From assembly GCA_043811795.1 (NCBI GenBank), contig JBDRMV010000012.1, positions 1 through 52,938 on the forward strand: a stretch of 52,938 nt of DNA. The letters are read 5' to 3'. Shown here piece by piece: positions 44,559-52,938 of the stretch; the first letter of the stretch is position 1, and each line of letters begins with the position of its first letter. Source of the DNA: a bacterium. Its GTDB lineage: Bacteria; CG03. The notes below the pieces were generated by a model, which was not told the DNA's origin, did not search any database, and was given only the letters and a program-made list of their open reading frames with translations. The position numbers and the translations under genes were made by a program.

Positions 44559-44988
44559 TTAATCTCTTCAAATGCTTTTTCGCTATTTTTGCCGTCCGGC
44601 CGTCCGGCTTCAGCGTAAGATATTTTTCCCAGATTTGAACCGCCTTTTTATCCTTTTCTAATTTTTCATGGAGCCGCGCTAAAATAAAATACGCTTTTTT
44701 ATTGTCCGGGGCCAATTCAATTGCCTTTTCCAACAGCATAACCGCTTCCTTTTCCATTTTCTTGTTGATATAAACAATCCCAAGAGCCAAATAGGCGCTG
44801 GCATAATCTTTATCGTCTGTGATTATCTGAGTAAACTCAAGAATGGCTTTATCGTATTTTTCCTGGTTGGTGTATTCCACTCCCTTTTTAAATCTTTTCC
44901 TGATTTCACCGGTTTCGGCAAAAATAAAATATCCCGAAACGCCCGACAGAAAAATAATGCCGATACCCATCAATATTTTCTTCCCCAC
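44530..44988 (-). CDS. TPR-repeat protein with an N-terminal anchor
   Basis: It has TPR-like helices (YDKAILEFTQ, AYLALGIVY, AIELAPDNKKAYFILARL). Confidence 0.7.
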   Translation of the reverse strand: MGKKILMGIGIIFLSGVSGYFIFAETGEIRKRFKKGVEYTNQEKYDKAILEFTQIITDDKDYASAYLALGIVYINKKMEKEAVMLLEKAIELAPDNKKAYFILARLHEKLEKDKKAVQIWEKYLTLKPDGRTAKIAKKHLKRLNEKNKVKIK

Positions 44989-45137
44989 CTATTCCCCCTT
45001 CTTTAGTCGGACGGCCTTAACCCTGCTAACATTCCTGTTCGGAATTATTCTTTATCTTCTTATCCTGAAGTTCCTAATTATACAGTATTCTTGCCCGCAA
45101 AGGAAACTCAGACGGGCAATGCTCCTGCAGCGCTGTT

Positions 45138-45671
45138 TTATTTTTTGCGCTTTCCTTCTATTTTCTCAGGCTGCATTTTTTTTCCTTTCTTCATCTTTTT
45201 CATCTCTTTACACTTTGCCTTCTGTTCTACCGTCAGTTGGGCAAGGACTTTTCTCCGTGTTTCAAATTGTTTGAACTGCAACTCTGCTTTTACCTCATTG
45301 ATCTTGAAGATTAATGTCTTGGCTTCTTCTAAAGAACCGGCCTCATCCTTTTCCAATTTACTGAGTTCTAATTTCAGGCCCGACAGTTCATCTTTCTTGT
45401 CAATCCGGTAATGCTGCATTTCCTTTTTTATTTTTCTGATTTCTTCAATCTGTTTTTCTGAAAGTCCCAGTTTTTCCGCCATGCAAATGATTTTTGTTAA
45501 GAAATCCTGTCTCCTTCCCTGGTGCCCACCCTTTTTTCCTTTCATTTCCATGCGGGAACACATTTCCATACTTCCTCTTTCTTCTCTCTTCTCCGACTCT
45601 TTCGCAATAAGAAAAGAACTGAAAGAACCAACCGTTAAAACAACAGCCAACATCCGTAAAATTCTCTTCAT
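45138..45671 (-). CDS. Spy/CpxP-family periplasmic protein (LTxxQ motifs)
   Basis: It has a signal peptide and LSEKQIEEI and LTVEQKAK motifs. It is a highly charged helical protein. Confidence 0.62.
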   Translation of the reverse strand: MKRILRMLAVVLTVGSFSSFLIAKESEKREERGSMEMCSRMEMKGKKGGHQGRRQDFLTKIICMAEKLGLSEKQIEEIRKIKKEMQHYRIDKKDELSGLKLELSKLEKDEAGSLEEAKTLIFKINEVKAELQFKQFETRRKVLAQLTVEQKAKCKEMKKMKKGKKMQPEKIEGKRKK

Positions 45672-45843
45672 TTTTACCTCCCCTTCGCCATCTTCTCTTT
45701 TCCTTTAGACGCAACAATATAGTTATAAGTTACAACTATCCTAAAATTATCTTTCTCTGTTATCCCGCTCCCCGCTGGCGCTGTCGTTGCAAGCCGCATG
45801 CGCGGCAATCCCGGACTTCCCTCCGCCGCCGTTTTTTTATACT

Positions 45844-46821
45844 ATGAAAATATTGAAAAAACACATTAACCATTTATTCGTTTGTCTTTTTTTCCCGTTT
45901 TTGGTTTTTCACGCGGGCGCGGAACCGGTCAAACGGGAAAATTTGAGTGTCAATGATACGCAGGATACATTACTGGACCACACCCATGAATTTGTCGCAA
46001 AAAATATGTACGGGCCGGTGGCATGGTTTGATAACTTCTTCAGCGACGAGAGAACTCTTGATGAGGAGCCGGTAACTTCATCTCTCAGATGGCGTAAGGA
46101 ATTGCGATGGGAAGAAGGCGGACATTCTTCTCTTAGCACGTTTCTCCACGCGAATATACGGCTGCCGAAAGCAAGTAAAAAATTAAAATTAATTGTTACG
46201 GGAGATGAGGAAGAAGAGCCGGATGAACTTCTGCCCGGCAATCTGGCTGAACCGGGCTTTATAAAAAGCAGTGAACGCGAGCGCCTCAATATGGGGCTGC
46301 GGTATAACCTTATTTATACCATGGTCTCGAAGCTGCATTTCGGCAGCGGCATAAAACTTAAAAGACCGCTGGAACCATACGTTCGCGCTCGATACAGGCA
46401 CATCGTACCTATTGCCTCTGCGGCTCAAGTCCGGTTTACGGGAACGGCTCTGTGGCGGAATCTAAAAGGCTGGAAAGAAACAGCGCAGCTTGATTTTGAA
46501 AAATTATTCTCCGAATCAAACCTTATCCGGTGGAGCAATTCAGTTACGTTTGAAGATACAACCATTGACTATTCATGGGGCTCTTCATTAGGGTTTCAAC
46601 ATCTGATATCAAAAAGATATGCTTTATCGTATGACGCCGGCATGTCCGGAACCGATACGGAGATTATGAGTTACAGAGTGGGAATACGTTTCAGAAGCAA
46701 TTTCTATCGCGAATGGCTTTTTTATGAAATCGCGCCGGAAATTTCCTGGCCGCGCGATGGACAGGGGGAGTACAACCCGGTTCCCGCAATAACCTTCCGC
46801 ATCGAAATGCAATTCGGGTAA
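45844..46821 (+). CDS. Hypothetical secreted / outer-membrane-like protein
   Basis: A signal peptide follows the ATG at 45844 (MKILKKHINHLFVCLFFPFLVFHAGA). The C-terminal half is beta-strand-rich and ends in QFG. Confidence 0.4.
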   Translation: MKILKKHINHLFVCLFFPFLVFHAGAEPVKRENLSVNDTQDTLLDHTHEFVAKNMYGPVAWFDNFFSDERTLDEEPVTSSLRWRKELRWEEGGHSSLSTFLHANIRLPKASKKLKLIVTGDEEEEPDELLPGNLAEPGFIKSSERERLNMGLRYNLIYTMVSKLHFGSGIKLKRPLEPYVRARYRHIVPIASAAQVRFTGTALWRNLKGWKETAQLDFEKLFSESNLIRWSNSVTFEDTTIDYSWGSSLGFQHLISKRYALSYDAGMSGTDTEIMSYRVGIRFRSNFYREWLFYEIAPEISWPRDGQGEYNPVPAITFRIEMQFG

Positions 46822-46848
46822 AAACAGGGGTCTGACCTGCATTGCCTC

Positions 46849-46897
46849 TTGACAGACATTTTGAAAACAGGTTAAAATGTGACTGACCGGTCAGTCA
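46849..46897 (+). promoter_or_regulatory. Promoter plus an 18-bp perfect palindromic operator upstream of the TetR gene
   Basis: TTGACA (46849-46854), 18 nt, TAAAAT (46873-46878), then TGACTGACCGGTCAGTCA (46880-46897). Confidence 0.6.
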
Positions 46898-46925
46898 GTT
46901 TATTTGACACGGCAGAGGAAAAGTT

Positions 46926-47507
46926 ATGGCAAAGAAAAAAAAGATACTTGAGGCGGTAAAAAAAATAATTGTTGAAAAAGGCGTCCGCAAAATAACCACC
47001 GAAGCAATCGCAAAAAAAGCGGGAATTGCCAAGGGCACCCTTTATCTCTACTTCAGGTGCAAAGAGGATATTTTTGCCGGTCTGCTGAACAGTTTTCTTG
47101 ACGAAGCGGAAAATTTCGTGGCAGAAGCAAAAAAATCAAAGGGAAGCGGTCTGAAGAAACTAATGGCATTTATAAAATCAGACCTGAGATTTTACGAAAA
47201 AAATCACAAACTCTTCAGGGTGCTCGGGATGGAAATGGACTCGGTCGCGAACATCATGAGTAAAAAATACAAGGAAAAACAGATAGTCAGATATTTTAAA
47301 ATCATCCGCTCAATAGAAGACATCATTGAACAGGCAATAAAGGAAAGGGAACTCGGAAAAATGTCCGCTATGGAAGGCGCCGTGATTCTGATTTCAATAA
47401 TACACGGCTACGCGGGCATGCGGGTGCACAAACTCAGCCGGGTACCCTTAACGCGGCAGTCGGACAGGGTTCTGAATATGTTCCTGAACGGGGCGGGAAA
47501 ATGCTGA
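46926..47507 (+). CDS. TetR/AcrR-family transcriptional regulator
   Basis: It has the N-terminal HTH ITTEAIAKKAGIAKGTLYLYF. Confidence 0.9.
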   Translation: MAKKKKILEAVKKIIVEKGVRKITTEAIAKKAGIAKGTLYLYFRCKEDIFAGLLNSFLDEAENFVAEAKKSKGSGLKKLMAFIKSDLRFYEKNHKLFRVLGMEMDSVANIMSKKYKEKQIVRYFKIIRSIEDIIEQAIKERELGKMSAMEGAVILISIIHGYAGMRVHKLSRVPLTRQSDRVLNMFLNGAGKC

Positions 47508-48838
47508 AAGTGCCCGTCAGGGTGACAAACGCTTCTTTACATAGATTCAAAAAACGCCCGCGAATTTATCTGCCCGCATGCGTCGGCGCTCTCCTGTTTT
47601 TATCAGTGACAGTCAGCGCCCAAGTCCGGGAAGTCCTGACTTTGGAAAGGTGTATCGCCCTTGCTCTTGAAAACAGCGAACTCATAAAAATCACCGCCGA
47701 AGGAGTCGTCGCAGCGAAGGGAATGAAACAGGAGGCGTTCGGACGCTTTCTTCCGTCGCTCGATATGGCGGGAAGTTATACGCAGATTCCCGAAGTCCCA
47801 GAAATAATGGGTTTTAAGATGGGCGACGAGGATAATTATTCCGCTAAATTGACGCTGGCGCAGCCCCTGTTCACATGGGGTAAAATCCGTCAGGGATACA
47901 GGCAGGCGGGTCTTCGACACGGCATCGCCGCCGAGACCTATCGCAAAGACAAAAACGAAATGGTTTTAAACGTGAAAAAAATGTTTTACGCGGTTCTGCT
48001 TTCCGGGCAGATAAAAAATATATCGGAAGAAGCGAGGGACGTGATGAAGAGACACTACGAGGTGACGCAGGCGCTTTACAGAGAGGGAAAGGTCTCAAAT
48101 CTTGACGTTTCCCGCGTTAAGGTTCAGATGATAAACAGCAGCACGCGCCTGATAAAAGCGGAAAATGAATTAGTCATTGCAAAGAAGGCTCTGCTCAACC
48201 TCATAAATTACTGTCCTGACGACGACTGGGAGGCGGAAAGCAAACTTCCTGATATTTCAGGAGAGGATTCAAGACCGATGGCGGAACTCGTGAGCGAGGC
48301 GATCAAAAGCCGCCCCGAGATGAAAAATGCCTCTTCTCAAAAGGAAATTGCAAAATGCCTGGTAAAACTCGCCCGCGCGCAGAACCGTCCGAACCTTGCG
48401 TTAATAGGAAACTACGAATATACAAAGCCCTACAACTTTGTAAACGAGTGGGACAGTTCATGGAATGTCACCTGCGCTCTGACATTTCCCCTGTTCAACG
48501 GTCTTTCCAATTTCGGAAGAATCCAACAGGCAAAGGCGGGGTTACAACAAACAACGCTGGGAGAAAACCTGCTGAAGAAAAACATAAAACTTGAAGTTGA
48601 AAAAGCGGAACTTGACCGCCGGAACGCCGCCGAAAGGGTTGAGGCTCAGAAAGAAAACGTGAAGACGGCGAAGGAAAATATGGACATCGTCCAGAAGAGA
48701 TACGAACAGGGCCTGGTTTCCGACCTGGAACTGAGAGACACGCAGCTCGCGCTGACCCAGGCGGAAACGGAATACTCAACCGCCCTTTTTGACCTGAATA
48801 TTGCTCAGGCGGAACTTGAAAAAGCAATAGGGGAATAA
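47501..48838 (+). CDS. TolC-family outer membrane efflux protein
   Basis: It has a signal peptide, LTLERCIALALENS and two OEP repeats. Confidence 0.85.
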   Translation: MLKVPVRVTNASLHRFKKRPRIYLPACVGALLFLSVTVSAQVREVLTLERCIALALENSELIKITAEGVVAAKGMKQEAFGRFLPSLDMAGSYTQIPEVPEIMGFKMGDEDNYSAKLTLAQPLFTWGKIRQGYRQAGLRHGIAAETYRKDKNEMVLNVKKMFYAVLLSGQIKNISEEARDVMKRHYEVTQALYREGKVSNLDVSRVKVQMINSSTRLIKAENELVIAKKALLNLINYCPDDDWEAESKLPDISGEDSRPMAELVSEAIKSRPEMKNASSQKEIAKCLVKLARAQNRPNLALIGNYEYTKPYNFVNEWDSSWNVTCALTFPLFNGLSNFGRIQQAKAGLQQTTLGENLLKKNIKLEVEKAELDRRNAAERVEAQKENVKTAKENMDIVQKRYEQGLVSDLELRDTQLALTQAETEYSTALFDLNIAQAELEKAIGE

Positions 48839-48867
48839 ATATCGGAAATAAAACTGAACCCATGAAA

Positions 48868-48999
48868 GAAAATGACGTTGCCTTCCGTGGACGCTCACGA
48901 ATGCAGGGGTTCAAAATTTTGAACCCCTACTCTCTGTTCGCTCCGGGTACGGGCAAAACTCCTCGCTCACACAGCCCCGTCAGACAACGGTCATTTTCC
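48868..48999. repeat. MITE-like repeat, copy B (about 132 bp), with an internal 24-nt perfect palindrome
   Basis: It has the same arms as 1114-1230. The central segment is replaced by AGGGGTTCAAAATTTTGAACCCCT (48905-48928). Confidence 0.8.
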
Positions 49000-49046
49000 T
49001 GCGCGGCGGAAATATTTAATGTTAAATGATGCAGGGAGGAAAAAAT

Positions 49047-49955
49047 ATGAAAAATTACTATAGAGACAAAATTTTAAGAATTTCGCTGGTTTCGCTGTTT
49101 CTAACAGCGGTAATTTCGGGATGCGGAAAAAAAGAAGAAAATAAAAGTTCTGAAACGGCGGGGGGCGCCGTTCCAGTGAAGGTTGCGAAAGTTCGCAAAA
49201 CCGACATATCCGCGAAACTGCGTTTTACCGGCGACATTCACGGGGAAAAAGAGATAAATGTTTATGTGAAAGTTCCCGGCAAACTTGCAAATAAATTGAA
49301 AAGGGAAGGAACGCTGGTCGGAAAAAATGAAGTTATCGCTCTGATTGACAGGGACGAACCCGCCTTGAATTATTCAAAGGCGGAAGTGAGGGCGCCGATT
49401 TCGGGAGTCATCACGTTGTATTTTGCCGAACCGGGAGATGCTGTTCTGCCGGCGCCGGGGGGGCCTGTCTGCACAATTGCCGACATGGACAGGGTAAAAG
49501 TTTTTATTTATGTCAGCGGGAAAGACATCGGAAAAGTCCGGCAAGGACAGAAAGCGGTCGCGCTGATGGACGCTTATCCCGGGAAAGTTTTCGAGGGTAT
49601 TGTCAGCAACGTTTCGGCGGCGGCTGACCCGCAGACAAGAAAAATCCGCGCTGAAATCACTGTCCCCAACCCGGGACATCTGCTAAAACCGGGAACTTTT
49701 GCGAGGGTGGAAGTTACAACTTCCCGCCGGGAAGAAGTTCTTGCGGTACCGAACTCAGCGCTCCTGGAAGAGAACGGAAAAAAATTCGTTTTTACGGTTG
49801 AAGCCGGCGCTGCGAAAAGGAATTTCGTTGAAACCGGCATTAAAAACGAAGATATGACCGTGGTCGTGAGCGGCCTGGAGGAAGGCGCCCCCGTGGTCAT
49901 TGAGGGAAACTGGGGCCTTTCGGAAGGAAAGAAAGTCTCCGTCACGGAGGATTAA
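49047..49955 (+). CDS. RND efflux periplasmic adaptor (HlyD/MFP family) lipoprotein
   Basis: SD GGGAGG lies before the ATG at 49047. It has the lipobox ISGC and the biotinyl-lipoyl-like motif VRAPISGVI. Confidence 0.85.
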   Translation: MKNYYRDKILRISLVSLFLTAVISGCGKKEENKSSETAGGAVPVKVAKVRKTDISAKLRFTGDIHGEKEINVYVKVPGKLANKLKREGTLVGKNEVIALIDRDEPALNYSKAEVRAPISGVITLYFAEPGDAVLPAPGGPVCTIADMDRVKVFIYVSGKDIGKVRQGQKAVALMDAYPGKVFEGIVSNVSAAADPQTRKIRAEITVPNPGHLLKPGTFARVEVTTSRREEVLAVPNSALLEENGKKFVFTVEAGAAKRNFVETGIKNEDMTVVVSGLEEGAPVVIEGNWGLSEGKKVSVTED

Positions 49956-52938
49956 TGTCCCTGCCCGATTTTTCGGTAAAAAGAAAAGTCACCGTCTCAA
50001 TGCTGATGATGGTTGTGGTTTTAGGCGGAATTGTGGCTTTCTCCTCGCTCGGTCTTGACTTAATGCCCGAGATGGAATATCCGATGATAACGGTTGTAAC
50101 ATCCTACGAGGGCGTTGCGCCGGAAGACGTAGAAAACACCGTGACAAAGTCCGTGGAAGATGCGGTCGGCACCATTGAAGGCATCAAAAATATTTACTCA
50201 ACATCAATGGAAGGCGTTTCCGTCGTCATCCTTGAATTTGCGTGGGGAACAAACCTTGATTCCGCCACGCAGGATGTCCGCGACAATCTGGATATGGTAA
50301 GAATGATGATGCCCTCGGACTCGGATGAACCGCTGGTTCTAAAATTTAACATCTCGCAGATGCCCATAATTTTCTACGGGATTACGGGAATGAGAAACAC
50401 GATGGAACTGAGGGAATACCTCGACGATAACGTGAAACCCCGCCTTGAGCGTCTTGAAGGGGTCGCATCCGTCATGCTTTTCGGCGGAGAAGAAAAGGAA
50501 ATAGCTGTCTTCGCGGACAGAGTCAAACTGGACGCTTACGGCGTTTCGACGGAAGAAATAGCAGGCGCTATTACTTCCCGGAACGTGAACGTGTCGGCAG
50601 GCAACCTCAAAGGAAATCACACGGAACATTTCGTGAGGTCCGTCGGCGAATACAAATCCATTAAAGATATTGAAAACACAATAATAAAAAAACAAAACGG
50701 CGTCTCACTTTATGTAAAGGACGTTGCCGAAGTCGCCGAAACGTTCAAGGAAAGAAGAGACATTACCAGTTTGGACGGCAAGGACGCCGTTCTGGTGATG
50801 ATATCAAAACAGTCGGGAGCAAACACCGTCACTGCGACTGACCGGGTTAAAAAAGAACTTGAAGTGCTGAAAGGAATTATGCCCGAAAATATTCACTACT
50901 TTCCCGTGTTTGATCAGGGACACATCATTAAAAAGATTCTGTCCGCGACGCTGTTAAACGTTCTTACCGGCGGAGTCCTCGCGGTTCTGTTTCTTTATTT
51001 CTTTTTGAGAAACGCAAGACCCGTCGTGGCGATAGCGGTCGCCATACCGACGTCAATCATCACGACATTCATCGGGCTTTTTCTTATGAAATACACCTTC
51101 AACATTTTCACCATGGCGGGTTTCGCGCTGGTCGTCGGAATGCTGGTGGACAACGCCGTCGTCGCAATAGAAAATATTTTCAGACACCTTGAAGAAGGAG
51201 AGAAAAGACCCGTTGCCGCCGCCGGAGGAACCAATGAGGTCTCAATGGCTATCACGACTTCCACGCTGACAACGATCGCGGTTTTTCTGCCGATGGTTCT
51301 TTCAAAAGGCCTTGCCGGACAGATTTCAAGACCCATGGCTCTGACAATCACCGTCGGGCTTGTTTGTTCGCTTTTTGTGGCTCTTACAATCGTGCCCATG
51401 ATTGCCTCCGTTCTTTTCAGCGAAAAAACAAAAGATACAGGCAGTGAGGACAGCGGTAAATTCAAGTATATTAATAAACTGAAAAATGCCTATAAAAATC
51501 TGCTCTGCAAAGCGCTGAACCGGAGAAAGTTTGTTTTAATATCGGCCGCCGCACTTTTTATTCTGTGTCTGTTTCTTCTGAAAGTTACGGGTTTTGAATT
51601 CATGCCGGAGATGGACAGGCCTGTTATTATGCTGCAGTTCTCCATGCCTGTCGGCACGAACCTCGACGAAACGAAGCGGCTTGCGGAATATGTAAATGAG
51701 AAGTTCCTTGAACTGCCCGAGAAAGAAGCAGTTTTTCTGCAGGTCGGGCGAAGCGTTTACGGAGCGGCTGACGCCGCGATGGGAACCGGTCCCGCCGACG
51801 TGAACGAGGCGATGATTATGGCGAGAGTCACCGACCTTGAAGACAGGGACCGCCGGATAGAGCAGATTACGGAGGCATTAAGAAAAAAATTCCCCGACCT
51901 TGAAAACGTCAACTACACGTTTCAGGACACCGGACAGGCAATGATGGGCAGCAGCGCCCAGGCGCCCGTTGAATTGAAAATTTTCGGCAAAGACCTTAAA
52001 GTTCTTGGAAATCTCGCCGAAGAAATCTCCTCAAAAATAAAAAATATTAAAGGAATCAGAGACGTAAACATAACGCTGAAAAAGGGAAAACCCGAATACC
52101 GGATAAAAATCGACGGGGAAAAGGCGGCGCATTATTTTCTCGGCAATTCCGCAATAGGCAACACTGTGAGAAAGGCTCTCACGGGCAAAGTCGTTTCAAA
52201 ATTCAGGTCGGGGGGCGAGGAAACGGACATCAGAATAAGATTTGCGGAATCCGACAGAGAAACGCTTGAAGATATTGAAAACACCGTGATACGGACCCCT
52301 AATATAACCTTAAAGGACGTGGCGGAAATAGAAGAGGGAATCGGCCCCCTTAAAATAGAAAGAGAAAACCGCCTGAGAAAAGTCGTCGTCACCGCAAACG
52401 TTGTTGACAGACCAATCGGCAAGGTCGCATCCGACATAAAAAAGGAACTTTCCCTGATACCGATGCCGGGGGGCTATTTTGTGGAACAGGGGGGGACATA
52501 CAAGCAGATGAAAGACACGATGGGAGACCTCGTGCTCGCCCTGATCGCCGCAATAATTCTCATTTATATGATTATGGCGGCACAGTTCGAGTCCTTCACT
52601 CAGCCGTTTGTGATTATGTTTTCGGTCCCGCTGGGAATTATAGGAGTTATGGTCGGGCTCACGGTTATGGGGATGAGTTTCTCGGTCCCCGCTATGATGG
52701 GCGTTGTTATTCTCGCAGGAATTGTCGTCAACAACGGAATTGTTATGGTTGATTTCGTAAACCGGCTGAGAGCAAAAGGGATACCCAAGTATGAGGCGCT
52801 GGTTGAGGGGGCAGTTTTAAGATTGAGACCGATTCTGATAACTTCGCTTACAACAATATGCGGAATTCTTCCGATGGCTTTTTCACGCTCTCAGGGCGCG
52901 GAAATGCGCGCGCCGCTCGGCGTTGCGGTTTCGTTCGG
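49955..52938 (+). CDS. RND-family efflux transporter (AcrB-like), 3'-truncated by the window end
   Basis: The ATG overlaps the adaptor stop (TAATG). It translates as MSLPDFSVKRKVTVSMLMMVVVLGG...EYPMITVVTSYEGVAPEDVE. The frame is open to the window end and only short antisense ORFs occur in the region. Confidence 0.9.
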   Translation, partial: MSLPDFSVKRKVTVSMLMMVVVLGGIVAFSSLGLDLMPEMEYPMITVVTSYEGVAPEDVENTVTKSVEDAVGTIEGIKNIYSTSMEGVSVVILEFAWGTNLDSATQDVRDNLDMVRMMMPSDSDEPLVLKFNISQMPIIFYGITGMRNTMELREYLDDNVKPRLERLEGVASVMLFGGEEKEIAVFADRVKLDAYGVSTEEIAGAITSRNVNVSAGNLKGNHTEHFVRSVGEYKSIKDIENTIIKKQNGVSLYVKDVAEVAETFKERRDITSLDGKDAVLVMISKQSGANTVTATDRVKKELEVLKGIMPENIHYFPVFDQGHIIKKILSATLLNVLTGGVLAVLFLYFFLRNARPVVAIAVAIPTSIITTFIGLFLMKYTFNIFTMAGFALVVGMLVDNAVVAIENIFRHLEEGEKRPVAAAGGTNEVSMAITTSTLTTIAVFLPMVLSKGLAGQISRPMALTITVGLVCSLFVALTIVPMIASVLFSEKTKDTGSEDSGKFKYINKLKNAYKNLLCKALNRRKFVLISAAALFILCLFLLKVTGFEFMPEMDRPVIMLQFSMPVGTNLDETKRLAEYVNEKFLELPEKEAVFLQVGRSVYGAADAAMGTGPADVNEAMIMARVTDLEDRDRRIEQITEALRKKFPDLENVNYTFQDTGQAMMGSSAQAPVELKIFGKDLKVLGNLAEEISSKIKNIKGIRDVNITLKKGKPEYRIKIDGEKAAHYFLGNSAIGNTVRKALTGKVVSKFRSGGEETDIRIRFAESDRETLEDIENTVIRTPNITLKDVAEIEEGIGPLKIERENRLRKVVVTANVVDRPIGKVASDIKKELSLIPMPGGYFVEQGGTYKQMKDTMGDLVLALIAAIILIYMIMAAQFESFTQPFVIMFSVPLGIIGVMVGLTVMGMSFSVPAMMGVVILAGIVVNNGIVMVDFVNRLRAKGIPKYEALVEGAVLRLRPILITSLTTICGILPMAFSRSQGAEMRAPLGVAVSF

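Overview
This 52.9-kb window comes from a diderm bacterium, since it carries LPS-transport genes. I cannot assign a lineage from sequence alone. All calls rest on motif recognition in the translated ORFs and on reading the DNA by eye; no searches were run.

The backbone is housekeeping:
- An ahcY tail is followed by kdsC-lptC-lptA-lptB-hpf-ptsN.
- That locus runs without rpoN or rapZ into a translationally coupled mannose-family PTS (EIIA, EIIB, IIC, IID, HPr, EI). A cytoplasmic GH57 alpha-glucan enzyme is embedded between EIIB and IIC.
- Then come a MoxR ATPase, a CaCA antiporter, miaB, mutS, smpB, tRNA-Leu(CAG), rlmN and an RRM RNA-binding protein.
- Two RND efflux loci are present. One is a complete TetR-TolC-MFP-RND set. 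The other is RND-TolC with no adaptor gene.

Accessory content looks AT-richer by eye:
- An ArsR-controlled arsenic/thiol-redox cluster (ArsP-like permease, two thioredoxin-fold proteins, CcdA, ACR3, MarC).
- An L,D-transpeptidase / M15 peptidase / LolA-like cell-wall trio.
- A methylase-nuclease-methylase restriction-modification island.
- A two-gene TcmP-like + three-Cys/radical-SAM cassette beside smpB/tRNA-Leu. I consider this the most interesting feature.

Non-coding structure:
- A MITE-like repeat occurs in two copies. One sits at the lptC/lptA junction and supplies the lptC stop codon.
- Tandem copies of the tRNA-Leu 3' end lie just downstream of the tRNA.
- A GC-rich hairpin-dense element lies upstream of arsR.
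- A nested palindrome with mutually exclusive pairings lies upstream of an RND pump.

I saw no CRISPR array, integrase, transposase, rRNA or tmRNA.
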